A stretch of 64,000 bases of DNA. Source: an uncultured Chloroflexia bacterium (lineage in GTDB: Bacteria > Chloroflexota > Dehalococcoidia > SM23-28-2). Both the position numbers and the translations under genes were made by a program. Below are positions 26,030 to 34,650 of this stretch, piece after piece. The notes under the pieces are model-generated. The model saw only the letters and a program-made list of their open reading frames with translations, was not told the DNA's origin and ran no database searches. The stretch lies in assembly GCA_963701285.1 (NCBI GenBank), contig OY969584.1, positions 434,131-498,130 on the forward strand, written 5' to 3'. Position 1 is the stretch's first letter; each line of letters starts with the position of its first letter.

Positions 26030-26272
26030 TCATCCCTCCACGATGTCGCCCGGCACGGGGTCCACCCGCACCCCCTGTTCCACCACCCACTGAACCCCTC
26101 GTTCAATCTCCTCCATCTCCCCCTCCAGCTCCAGCACCACCCAGCCGCGGTCCTCGGTCACGTCGGCGCGGCGGATGTTGGTCACCACGACGAACTCCTT
26201 GCTCAGGCGCCAGATGACGGGCTCCTTGATGAGCTCCGTGGGGAAGGTGAACTTTACCCTTTGCTTGGCCAC
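26030..26272 (-). CDS. Stand-alone NIL domain protein
   Basis: FTFP..LIKEPVIW.L...F.V.TNIRRADV....GWVVLELEG. Confidence 0.88.
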   Translation of the reverse strand: MAKQRVKFTFPTELIKEPVIWRLSKEFVVVTNIRRADVTEDRGWVVLELEGEMEEIERGVQWVVEQGVRVDPVPGDIVEG

Positions 26273-26300
26273 GCTGCATCCCTCCCTCAACGCTGCGGCT

Positions 26301-27578
26301 CTAGCCGGGGCGACCGGGCGGACGAACCTCAGCCGCGCCGGCCATTGCCTGCTGTCGGCGAGCCATCGCCTCCTCGAAGGAGGAGACGTGCGGCCCGATT
26401 CGCAGGGGCGGCGTCAGCGCGTCCAGCACCGCCTCCTGCGTCTTCAGGCCGGCCCCTGTGATGAAGACAACGACCACTTCGTCGCGCTCGATGCGCCCCT
26501 GGGCCGCCAGCCGCCGCAGCGCGGCGATCACCACCCCGCCGGCGGTCTCCGCGAAGATGCCCTCCGCCTCGGCCAGGAGCTTCATCCCGTCCACGACTTC
26601 CGCGTCTGTCACCGCCACGCCGAAGCCGCCGGAGTGCTCCAGGACCCTCAGGGCGTAGTAGCCGTCCGCCGGGTTGCCGATGGCCAGGGACTTGGCGATG
26701 GTGTTGGGCCGCACCGGCCGGATGTCGAAGCTCTGGCTCTCCCAGGCGGCGATAATGGGCGAGCAGCCCTCGGGCTGCGCGCCGGACATGCGAGTGTGGC
26801 CCCACTCCGCCAAGCCCAGCCAGGCCATCTCCTTGATCCCTTTCCAGATCTTGGTGAACAGCGAGCCGCTGGCCAGCGGGACAATGCAGTGCTGCGGCGC
26901 CCGCCAGCCCAACTGCTCGATCACCTCGTAGGCCAGGGTCTTGCTCCCCTCGGCGTAGTAGGGTCGCACGTTGATGTTCACGAAGGCCCACGGGTACTTA
27001 TCGGCCAGCTCGCTGCACAGCCGGTTGACCTCGTCGTAGCTGCCGTCCACGGCCACCAGGGTGGAGCCATAGATGGCGGCGCCCACCACCTTCCCTTGCT
27101 CCAGGTCGGCCGGAATGAACACCAGCGCCCGCATGCCGCCGCGGGCGGCGTGGGCGGCGACGCTGTTGGCCAGATTGCCGGTGGAGGCGCAGGCCAGCGT
27201 GTCGAAGCCGAACTCGCGGGCCTTGGTGCTGGCCACCGTCACCACGCGGTCCTTGAACGACCAGGTGGGGTTGACGCAGTCGTTCTTGATGTAGAGCTGG
27301 CGAAGGCCCAGCGCCTCGCCCAGGTTATGGCAGCGCAACAGGGGCGTAAAGCCGGCGCCGATGTCCACCGCCTGCTCGCCATCGGCCGGCAAGAGATCGC
27401 CATACCTCCACACAGTGAGGGGGCCCTTTTCGATGCGCCCTCGCGTTAGGTGGCCGGCCAGCGCCCGATAGTCGTAAGCGACCTCCAGGGGGCCGAAGCA
27501 GAATTCGCAGACGTGCAGCGGCTCCAGCGGGTAGTGGCGCCCGCATTCTCGACAACGTAAGTGGCTGGCGTAGGACAT
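26301..27578 (-). CDS. thrC: Threonine synthase family PLP enzyme
   Basis: N-terminal CRECG/CEFCFG; NPTWSFKDR, CASTGNLA, EGSKT, TIAKSLAIGNPADG, ITGAGLKT. Confidence 0.85.
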   Translation of the reverse strand: MSYASHLRCRECGRHYPLEPLHVCEFCFGPLEVAYDYRALAGHLTRGRIEKGPLTVWRYGDLLPADGEQAVDIGAGFTPLLRCHNLGEALGLRQLYIKNDCVNPTWSFKDRVVTVASTKAREFGFDTLACASTGNLANSVAAHAARGGMRALVFIPADLEQGKVVGAAIYGSTLVAVDGSYDEVNRLCSELADKYPWAFVNINVRPYYAEGSKTLAYEVIEQLGWRAPQHCIVPLASGSLFTKIWKGIKEMAWLGLAEWGHTRMSGAQPEGCSPIIAAWESQSFDIRPVRPNTIAKSLAIGNPADGYYALRVLEHSGGFGVAVTDAEVVDGMKLLAEAEGIFAETAGGVVIAALRRLAAQGRIERDEVVVVFITGAGLKTQEAVLDALTPPLRIGPHVSSFEEAMARRQQAMAGAAEVRPPGRPG

Positions 27579-27706
27579 GATGGCTATCCCCTCCTAAGCG
27601 CGATGTCATCTCCCCATCGCCCCGACCCACCCCGACGTGTCGGGGGCGTCGGGGCCGGGCATCGCCATCACGGCTGCTCGCCAGACCTCTCGACTGTTCA
27701 TCCTGT

Positions 27707-27744
27707 AAAAGGAAAACCTCTTCGGCCCGATTCGAAGAGGTTTT
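27707..27744 (-). terminator. Riboswitch expression-platform terminator
   Basis: AAAACCTCTTCG-loop-CGAAGAGGTTTT followed by CCTTTT; its 5' arm can alternatively pair with the aptamer 3' strand (AAGAGGT). Confidence 0.85.
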
Positions 27745-27760
27745 GTTCGGACTAGCCGAC

Positions 27761-27921
27761 CTCTTATCGCGCCCCGACTTGACGGGGCCGGCATTGGCAC
27801 CGTAGCCGAAAGGGCCGTCGGGACAAAGACCAGGAACCAGCAGCCCCTGCTCCTTGATCCCCTCCCTCGGCCCGGTTGCCGGGCTTCCCAGGGCCGTTCC
27901 CTCCACCGCTCTGGATAAGAG
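27761..27921 (-). ncRNA. SAM-I (S-box) riboswitch
   Basis: CTCTTATC-CAGAG-CGGTGGAGGGAACGGCCCTGGGAAGCC-CGGCAACC...GGTGCCAA...GATAAGAG; P1 pairing CTCTTATC/GATAAGAG. Confidence 0.95.
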
Positions 27922-27943
27922 GGCCGTATTTGATTTGCCACCG

Positions 27944-27973
27944 ATGCTATCAGAGGGGAGGCGCTGTTGTCAA
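27944..27973 (-). promoter_or_regulatory. sigma70-type promoter of the S-box leader
   Basis: TTGACA-N18-TAGCAT with a TG extension. Confidence 0.7.
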
Positions 27974-28193
27974 CGGCATCCGGGCCCGAAGGCGATACGC
28001 CTGAGAGCCGTGCCTGCACGATAAGATCCCCCGAAAAACCCGCCCAGGGCCTTGACCGTAAGCGCCGACAGTGCATAATTTCTGGGAATTGGCAACGGGG
28101 GCACGCCAAGAGGCTGGTTCCTGGTTTGGAGCGGTTGCCCGCCACTGCGGTACCGTTTCCTCGCCCTCGCTGCCAGGGAAAGGAGTGTCTCGT

Positions 28194-28472
28194 ATGGCCC
28201 GCTTGCACTACCTGATCCGGCCGGTGCTGGCGCTGCTTCTGGTGGCCTCGGCGGCCGGCGTGGTGGCCGCAGCGTGCGGAGACAACAACGAAAGCACGAC
28301 CGCCACGGCCACCAAGGCCGCGACTACGGCTACCAAGGCCGCCACGGGCACGCCCAAGGCCACGGCTACGGCCACCAAGGCCGCGACCACGGCTACGGCC
28401 ACCAAGGCCGCGGCTACGGCCACGGCCACCAAGGCCGCGACCGGCACGCCCAAGCCGACGGCCACACCCTAG
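28194..28472 (+). CDS. Small lipoprotein made almost entirely of TATKAA(T) repeats
   Basis: AAGGAG RBS; signal peptide ending in VAAAC; repeated GCCACCAAGGCCGCG units; TTGACC-N16-CATAAT upstream at 28052-28079. Confidence 0.8.
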   Translation: MARLHYLIRPVLALLLVASAAGVVAAACGDNNESTTATATKAATTATKAATGTPKATATATKAATTATATKAAATATATKAATGTPKPTATP

Positions 28473-28745
28473 CGCTGGACGCCTAGGACAGAACACCACA
28501 GCCTGGCTGCTATCACCTCGCGGCGGACGTAGCGCCGCTCGGCCTGGGGCGAGGGTGAGTTTATCCCCGAGAAGCTCACTCCGAGGTGACGCTGGCCTGC
28601 CGGCGGCGGGCCAGCGCCTGCTTTCCCCTTCCCTGTCCGCTTGAGGTCTGAACGCGCCGCCGAGCGATGGCGCCCGCAAAGGGCGGCATGGCTGGATCAC
28701 GGAGACAGTCGCACCTTCTGTAGCGGAGGACGATAGGCCGGACGC

Positions 28746-29624
28746 CTATTGCTGGGCCTCGCTCTGCCGCGCCAGCCGCCGCCGCTCGGCACGGGCGCGC
28801 ATCCGCCGCCCCGGCCGCAAGATGTACGCTATCCCCAGCGGCGCGATGATCATCGCGCCCAGGGCTATGACCTGGGCCATGCGTAGGCCGGCGAAAATGA
28901 TGTTGTCGTCCCGCAGGAAGCTGATGCCGAAGCGCATGGCGCCGTAGAGGAAGACCCACGACCAGAAGACGATGCCGTCGCGCTTCAGCACGCGGTATAG
29001 GACGAACAGGGCCACGAAGATCAGCAGGTCGCCCACCATCTCGTAGGCCACTGCCGGGTGCTGGGCAAGCGGGGGCGTGACGGCGGTGAAACGCGGATAG
29101 CTTGGGCTGTTGGGGTTCGTGTACAGGACGCCGATAGGCCAGTCGGTGGTCTTGGCGAAGTGCTCCCCGTTGATGATGTCGCCAATGCGGCCGACGGCCA
29201 TGCCGATGATCGCCCCCAATGCGGCGACATCGGCCATGGTGCCCCAGCGGGGTAACCGCCGCCAGGCGGCGTAGGCCGCCGCGCCCAGCGTCCCACCGAT
29301 AAGGGCGCCGTAGATGGAGATACCGCCCGCATTGATGGCGAACACGTCCAGGAGATCGTCCTCGAACTGGCTGTGGTTCTCCAGCACGTAGAGCGCGCGG
29401 GCGCCGATTATGCCGCCGATAACCAGGGCCAGCGCCGCATTGTAGATGGTGTCTTCGCCGAGGCCGGCCCGCCGCCCGAAGTAGGCGGCCACCGCCACGC
29501 CACAGATCACCCCCACGGCCGTGAACACCCCGTGCCAGGCGATCTCCAGGCCGCCGAACTTGGCGATCTGGGGGTCGATCCCGATCTTGATCACCAGCGG
29601 AACGAAGGCGCTAAGAGCTTCCAT
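28746..29624 (-). CDS. lgt: Prolipoprotein diacylglyceryl transferase
   Basis: IAWHG, IIGARALYV, GGISIYG, GRIGDIINGE, HPAVAYE, RFGISFLR. Confidence 0.93.
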   Translation of the reverse strand: MEALSAFVPLVIKIGIDPQIAKFGGLEIAWHGVFTAVGVICGVAVAAYFGRRAGLGEDTIYNAALALVIGGIIGARALYVLENHSQFEDDLLDVFAINAGGISIYGALIGGTLGAAAYAAWRRLPRWGTMADVAALGAIIGMAVGRIGDIINGEHFAKTTDWPIGVLYTNPNSPSYPRFTAVTPPLAQHPAVAYEMVGDLLIFVALFVLYRVLKRDGIVFWSWVFLYGAMRFGISFLRDDNIIFAGLRMAQVIALGAMIIAPLGIAYILRPGRRMRARAERRRLARQSEAQQ

Positions 29625-31356
29625 CCTTCTCCTCTTCCTGTGCCACGTCGGACGAGCCGGCCTCGGCGCCCAGCCTGCGCATCTCCCGCCGGAAGTTCAC
29701 CAGATGGCCGGCCACCCCCGCCAGGTAAGTGCGGTCGGGCGTTATCTTAGCCCATAGCCGACGCCTAGGCACGTAGAAGGTTACTGCCAAGCCCGCCAGG
29801 AGCAGGCCCGTCGCCAGCCAGATCAGGTTGTCGCTGCGGTCTCGCTTAACCTTGATGCCGGCGAACTCCCGCTGACCGAGGAACGTGTACTCGTAGTCTC
29901 CCACGCTCACCGCCTTGTCGGTCTCCAGGCTCAGCACTGTCGGGCTGATGCCAAGAACCGACAGCACGGGCGGGCCGTCCTGGCCAAGCATGGCCACCGC
30001 CTCCCCGGATGACGTCTCCTCCCCACCGTAGGCGGCATCGCTCATCTCCAACAGCACCCGGCCCTCAGCGCTCCCGTCCGCTGACCCCGGCGGCAGCGGG
30101 ACGCCAGGCTCGAAGCTGGCCGGCAACCGCTGCAGGGAGGCGAACTCGAAGTCCAGCCCGCCAGCGCTGGCCCGCTGCCCTATGGGGACGACCAGGCGCA
30201 CGGCGTCCGGCCGCTCCCCAGGCTCAAAGGCCAGCAGGTCCAGCCCGCGGTTCGATGCGTCGGGCTTCACCCCGATCCACATCGTGCGGTCGGTGCCCGG
30301 GATCATCACCGTCGTGCCGTACGCCGTTTCCACAGACTCCGTTAGCACCAGTGTTGCGTCCATGAGCGTCTGGCCCTCGCCGTCCCGCACGATGACGCGG
30401 GGCGCCGGCACGGAATCGGCCAGGGGCAGCACCTCATTGTAGATCACATCCCCCGAACGCAGGTCGCGCACCTGGAGCGCCGCCCCGAACCCGAAGTAGG
30501 CTGCCTGGTGGAAGCGGTAGCCGTTGTAGGCGCAGGGGCCGTTGACGGTGACCGTGCAGCGCTTGACCTCGTTGCCACCCTGGTAGATGGCCAACTCCGA
30601 CCGGTAGTCCAGGGGCTGGCCCTGCGGGTCGAAGCGGGCCACGGCGTCCACTAGCTGCACCTGCATCTGATCGGGATGACTCCCAGCGAAGACCGGGGCG
30701 GTGGTCCCTTCGCCGATGAACATGTCCTCGGAGAAGCCGGTGAACTTGCTGACGAGGGCGCCCCCGATGAACAGGACAAGGGCAAGATGGCTGGCGAAGG
30801 TGCCCAACTGCGCCCAGCTATAGCGGTCGGCGAAAAGGTAGGTCTCCTCGCCTTCCTGGAGGCGCTCCACCCGGTAGTGCTGGCGGCGAAGCACGCCCTC
30901 CAGGGCCAGCGGCTCCGCCGGCGTTGCGAACTCCGCCCGATGATGGGCCCGCTGGAAGTATGTATCGGGCACGCGGCGCCGCGGCCGACGGATGGCGCGC
31001 CAGACGGGCAGGAAGCGGTTGGCCGTGCAGAGCGCCACCGACACCACGAGCAGGCCCAGACCGGCAGCGAACCAGGGGGCATGGAATACATCGAAGATGC
31101 CCAGGTGGTACAACGGATCGGTGAGAACCCCGAACTTGCCCCGCTGCACATCCAGCCAGTTGGCCACCGCCGTGCCGTCGCCGCGGACGGTTTCCGGCAT
31201 CTGCGGCACCAGCACCCCCAGCAGGCCGGCCAGCGCCAGGAAGGCCAGCAGGATGATCGCCCAGCGCACGCTGGCGAACAGCCGCCACACCGCGCGCACG
31301 GGGTCAAGCCAGCGGGCGGTTCGCACCAGGGCCTTTGCCGCTTCTGCCTTGGCCAC
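29611..31356 (-). CDS. resB: Cytochrome c biogenesis protein ResB/CcsB
   Basis: FASVRWAI.LL, GVLVPQ, DVFHAPWF, SH.ALV, VNGP..YNGYRFHQ, FYVPRRRLW. Confidence 0.85.
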   Translation of the reverse strand: MAKAEAAKALVRTARWLDPVRAVWRLFASVRWAIILLAFLALAGLLGVLVPQMPETVRGDGTAVANWLDVQRGKFGVLTDPLYHLGIFDVFHAPWFAAGLGLLVVSVALCTANRFLPVWRAIRRPRRRVPDTYFQRAHHRAEFATPAEPLALEGVLRRQHYRVERLQEGEETYLFADRYSWAQLGTFASHLALVLFIGGALVSKFTGFSEDMFIGEGTTAPVFAGSHPDQMQVQLVDAVARFDPQGQPLDYRSELAIYQGGNEVKRCTVTVNGPCAYNGYRFHQAAYFGFGAALQVRDLRSGDVIYNEVLPLADSVPAPRVIVRDGEGQTLMDATLVLTESVETAYGTTVMIPGTDRTMWIGVKPDASNRGLDLLAFEPGERPDAVRLVVPIGQRASAGGLDFEFASLQRLPASFEPGVPLPPGSADGSAEGRVLLEMSDAAYGGEETSSGEAVAMLGQDGPPVLSVLGISPTVLSLETDKAVSVGDYEYTFLGQREFAGIKVKRDRSDNLIWLATGLLLAGLAVTFYVPRRRLWAKITPDRTYLAGVAGHLVNFRREMRRLGAEAGSSDVAQEEEKDGSS

Positions 31357-31467
31357 TGTCCTCACCCAAAGAGCCCCAAACACATGCTACGCACCACGCC
31401 GCTACAATCAATGAGGAGGCTGGGGAAGTTGGCGGCACGCACGGCGAGGTAGGGCTCTCTAACGGGC

Positions 31468-32211
31468 CTAGGGCGAGAACGCTTCCTCCCACAGGCGACG
31501 CGTCTCGGCCGCCGATAGGCCCTGGCCCAGATAGCTATTGCCGACGCGGATCTCGAAGTGCAGATGGTTCTCCAGGGTGGCATCGCTGACGCCTTCCGGC
31601 GTGCCGGAGTTCCCCACGTGGCCCACCACCTGCCCGGCCGCCACCGCCACCCCATCGGCTATCCCCGGCTCGATGGACAGGAGGTGGCAGTAGCGGGTTA
31701 CCACGCCGCTGCCGTGGTCCACCCACACCTGGCGCCCCCGCAGGCGATCCAAGACTGCCGGAGCGGTGGAACCCTGCTGGGCCGAGCTATTTAGGAGACC
31801 GTCCATCTCCTCCTGCGTGATATCCTTGTAGTCCACGTCCGCCCGAACCACGATGCCCGTCTTGGCCGCCAGCACCGGCATGCCCCGCTCGACCTGTGTG
31901 CAGGCGCGGCCGCTGTAGAAATCCACCCCCTCGTGGATGCCAAAGCGGTACTCCCGCGGCGCGTTAGGTAGCAGGTCGTCGTCTGCGGGAAGGCAGGCTC
32001 CCTCGATCGGGAACCGGAAGCCGCGAATGACGGGCGGCGGCGTTGGCGTTGGCGACGCGGTGGGGCTGACCACGACGCTGGCCGCGGCCGTCGGAGAGTA
32101 GCTAAGGGTCTCCACCACTACGGGGCTGTGCTTCTCCTCGGAAGGAGCGCCCAGCACGCCCACCACCAGGGCCACGGCCCCTGCCGCCACCACCGCCACC
32201 ATAACCGCCAC
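31468..32211 (-). CDS. M23 family metallopeptidase (secreted)
   Basis: HEGVD, TRYCHL, VGNSG and HLHFEIR motifs. Confidence 0.9.
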   Translation of the reverse strand: MAVMVAVVAAGAVALVVGVLGAPSEEKHSPVVVETLSYSPTAAASVVVSPTASPTPTPPPVIRGFRFPIEGACLPADDDLLPNAPREYRFGIHEGVDFYSGRACTQVERGMPVLAAKTGIVVRADVDYKDITQEEMDGLLNSSAQQGSTAPAVLDRLRGRQVWVDHGSGVVTRYCHLLSIEPGIADGVAVAAGQVVGHVGNSGTPEGVSDATLENHLHFEIRVGNSYLGQGLSAAETRRLWEEAFSP

Positions 32212-32218
32212 CGTGGAG

Positions 32219-32428
32219 CTACTTGACCACCGGATAGCCTTCCTCCTCCATCGCCCTCTCGATAGCCGCCAGTCGCACCCGCGACTCGTCGAAGCGCAGG
32301 CGCACCTGCTTCCTGGCCGGATCGCCTCCCAGGAACTCCACTCCCGCCAGCCTGCTTATCGCCTTCCGGATGCTGGCGATGCAATGGTCACACGAGATAT
32401 CCGGTGCTGTCAAAGTAACGTCCTGCAT
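32219..32428 (-). CDS. Heavy-metal-associated (CopZ-like) chaperone
   Basis: ISCDHC motif, EEEGY. Confidence 0.88.
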   Translation of the reverse strand: MQDVTLTAPDISCDHCIASIRKAISRLAGVEFLGGDPARKQVRLRFDESRVRLAAIERAMEEEGYPVVK

Positions 32429-32485
32429 TGGATGACCTCACTATAGCCGCTTCGAATGTCGTTCCCCACGGTTCTGAAATGGCCC

Positions 32486-33235
32486 CTAGCCAAATATAGG
32501 CTTCTTTACCGCCAGGCGCACGGCCTCGGCGTGGGCTCGCGCTTCCAGCGCATCGTCCAGGGGAGCAAGCTCGACCTGCCCGTACCTGCGAGACAGCGCC
32601 AGAGCGATCAGGTGGTCAGCGAATCGCGGGTTCTTGGGCAGCAGCGACCCATGCAGGTACGTGCCGAAGGCGTTGGCCTGCACCGCCCCCTCCGTGCGGT
32701 CGCGTCCGTTGTTGCCGTAGCCGGCGATGACCCGCGCCAGAGGCCGCGCCGTCGGCCCGACGAACGTGCGGCCCCCGTGGTTCTCGAAGCCCACGAGGGT
32801 AGTCCCCTGCCAGCGCACCACCACATTGCCGATGAACCGCCTGGCCGTCGGGCCCGGATGTACGGTCCAAGCGTCGAAGACGCCGAGGCCGGGCAGATCC
32901 TCGCCGACGGCCGGGCGGTAGAAGCGCCCCAGCAGCTGGTAGCCGCCGCAGACCGCCAGCACCACCACCCCCCCGTCAACGGCCTGGCGCAGGGCAGCGC
33001 CCTTGACCGCCAGCAGGTCGGCGGCCACCCGCCGCTGCTCGCGGTCCTGCGCCCCGCCCATGAAAATCAGGTCGTAGCCCGCCGGCTCCAGCGGCTCGCC
33101 CACCTCCAGCTCGTCCACCGTCAGGTCGATGCCGCGCGCCGCGCAGCGGCGGCGCAGGCAGAGGATATTGCCCCGGTCGCCGTAGAGGTTCATCTGCTTG
33201 GGGTAGAGATGGGCCAGACGAAGGCTCAGCGCCAC
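32486..33235 (-). CDS. gatD: Glutamine amidotransferase GatD (CobQ-like)
   Basis: MNLYGDRGN, GGAQD, AVCGGYQLLG, GFENHGGRT, TYLHGSLLPKNP. Confidence 0.92.
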   Translation of the reverse strand: MALSLRLAHLYPKQMNLYGDRGNILCLRRRCAARGIDLTVDELEVGEPLEPAGYDLIFMGGAQDREQRRVAADLLAVKGAALRQAVDGGVVVLAVCGGYQLLGRFYRPAVGEDLPGLGVFDAWTVHPGPTARRFIGNVVVRWQGTTLVGFENHGGRTFVGPTARPLARVIAGYGNNGRDRTEGAVQANAFGTYLHGSLLPKNPRFADHLIALALSRRYGQVELAPLDDALEARAHAEAVRLAVKKPIFG

Positions 33236-33237
33236 GG

Positions 33238-34647
33238 CTAGGTCTCCTGCCAGAACTGAGGGCGGTGCCCCCAGCGGGCCAGGATGCGCCGCACCTGGAG
33301 CATAGCCGTGTAGGTGGGGATGACCCACAGGATACCGCCCGCCGGCGTCAGGGCCAGGGCGCGGGCCAGTGCCCGCTCGGCGTTGCCTTCTAGCACCGGA
33401 TTGGGCTCGAGGCCGGCGTACTTCAGGCGCAGGGCCATGTCGGCGGCGCGCCGGCCCGAGGCCAGGAGGAGGCCTGTCTGGCCGGCCAGCATCTCGAAGT
33501 CTACGTCCCAGATCCAGGACACGTCGCGGCCGTCGGCGATGTCGTCGTTCAGAAAGAAGAGGAGGTTCTTGGGCCCCGCTTCGGACGTAGCGGACACTAG
33601 AGCACGCAGCACCTGGTTCAGGCCGGCCGGGTTCTTGGCCAGGATCGTCCGCACCTCCCGCCCGCGCACGCCGAACTGCTCCTGGCGACCGAAGGCTGCC
33701 GTGAAGGAGGCGACGCCTCTCTGGATGGCCTCACCGCCGATGCCCAAGGCCACGGCGGTGGCCGCCGCCGCCAGGGCGTTGTAGACGTTGTACAGCCCAA
33801 TGAGCGGCAGGGACAGCTCCAGCCGGCCCGCCGGCGTGGTGACCACGACGGCCAGCGGCCCGGCGTCCGGCTGCTCCACGCGCATCGCCTCCACCTGAGC
33901 GGCCGGCCGGGACCGGCCGCAGGCGGGGCAGGCCCAGTGGCCGACGTGGCCGTAGAACACCGCTGAGTAGACGTACTCGTGGCCACAGGTGGGGCACCAA
34001 CGGGCATCAGCGGCGTGCTCCAGCCCGCCAACGGCGCAGGCGGTATCGGCGACGCCGTAGAAGACGGTGGGGCCCCGCCAGGCGTCGGCCAGCCCGGCCA
34101 CCCCCGGGTCGTCGGCGTTGAGCACCACGGTCGCCGACGGCGGCAGGGCGGCCAGGGTCCCCCACCACAGGGCGGCCACGCTGTCCACCTCGCCGTAGCG
34201 GTCGAGCTGGTCGCGGAAGAGGTTGGTGAAGGCGATAACGCGCGGAGCCAGGGCGGTGGCCGCCTCGGGCACCGTCGCCTCATCCACCTCGAACACCCCC
34301 AGGCAGCGCTCCGCCCGCCGGATGCGCCCCTGGTGGTCCGCGGCCTCGCTCAGGGCGGCGGTGATGCCCCGCATCATGTTCGACCCGGCGGCATTGTGCA
34401 CCGGCCAGTAGCCCGCCGCCCGCGCAATGTTCCGGACCAGCCGGGCGGTGGTGGTCTTACCGTTGGTGCCGGTCACCAGCAGGCAGCCGTGGCCCAGCTC
34501 GGCGGCCAGGCGGGCGGCCAGGCCGGGGGCCACGGCCCCCGCCACGAGCCCGGGCAAGGCGGTGCCGCCGCCCAAGCCCAGGCGGCGGCTAATGGCCGCC
34601 GCCAGCTTGGCCGTGCCCACCGCTGCCGCCGTGCGCACGTCCGCCAT
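33238..34647 (-). CDS. murT: Mur ligase family protein MurT (DUF1727)
   Basis: GGGTALPG, TGTNGKTTT, NLFRDQLDRYGE, CxxC..CxxC, KNPAG, DGRDVSWIWD, TYTAML. Confidence 0.93.
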   Translation of the reverse strand: MADVRTAAAVGTAKLAAAISRRLGLGGGTALPGLVAGAVAPGLAARLAAELGHGCLLVTGTNGKTTTARLVRNIARAAGYWPVHNAAGSNMMRGITAALSEAADHQGRIRRAERCLGVFEVDEATVPEAATALAPRVIAFTNLFRDQLDRYGEVDSVAALWWGTLAALPPSATVVLNADDPGVAGLADAWRGPTVFYGVADTACAVGGLEHAADARWCPTCGHEYVYSAVFYGHVGHWACPACGRSRPAAQVEAMRVEQPDAGPLAVVVTTPAGRLELSLPLIGLYNVYNALAAAATAVALGIGGEAIQRGVASFTAAFGRQEQFGVRGREVRTILAKNPAGLNQVLRALVSATSEAGPKNLLFFLNDDIADGRDVSWIWDVDFEMLAGQTGLLLASGRRAADMALRLKYAGLEPNPVLEGNAERALARALALTPAGGILWVIPTYTAMLQVRRILARWGHRPQFWQET

Positions 34648-34650
34648 TCG

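Noticed and set aside
28083-28185. Cobalamin riboswitch suggested by GGGAA...GCCCGCCACTG...GGGAAAGG
   Set aside because: It lacks the CGGTG-RAA-TCCG hairpin and the AGYCAG B12 box, and the downstream gene is unrelated to B12.
28300-28470. CRISPR array or non-coding tandem repeat
   Set aside because: The units are codon-phased, have no unique spacers and encode the TATKAA peptide; no cas genes are present.
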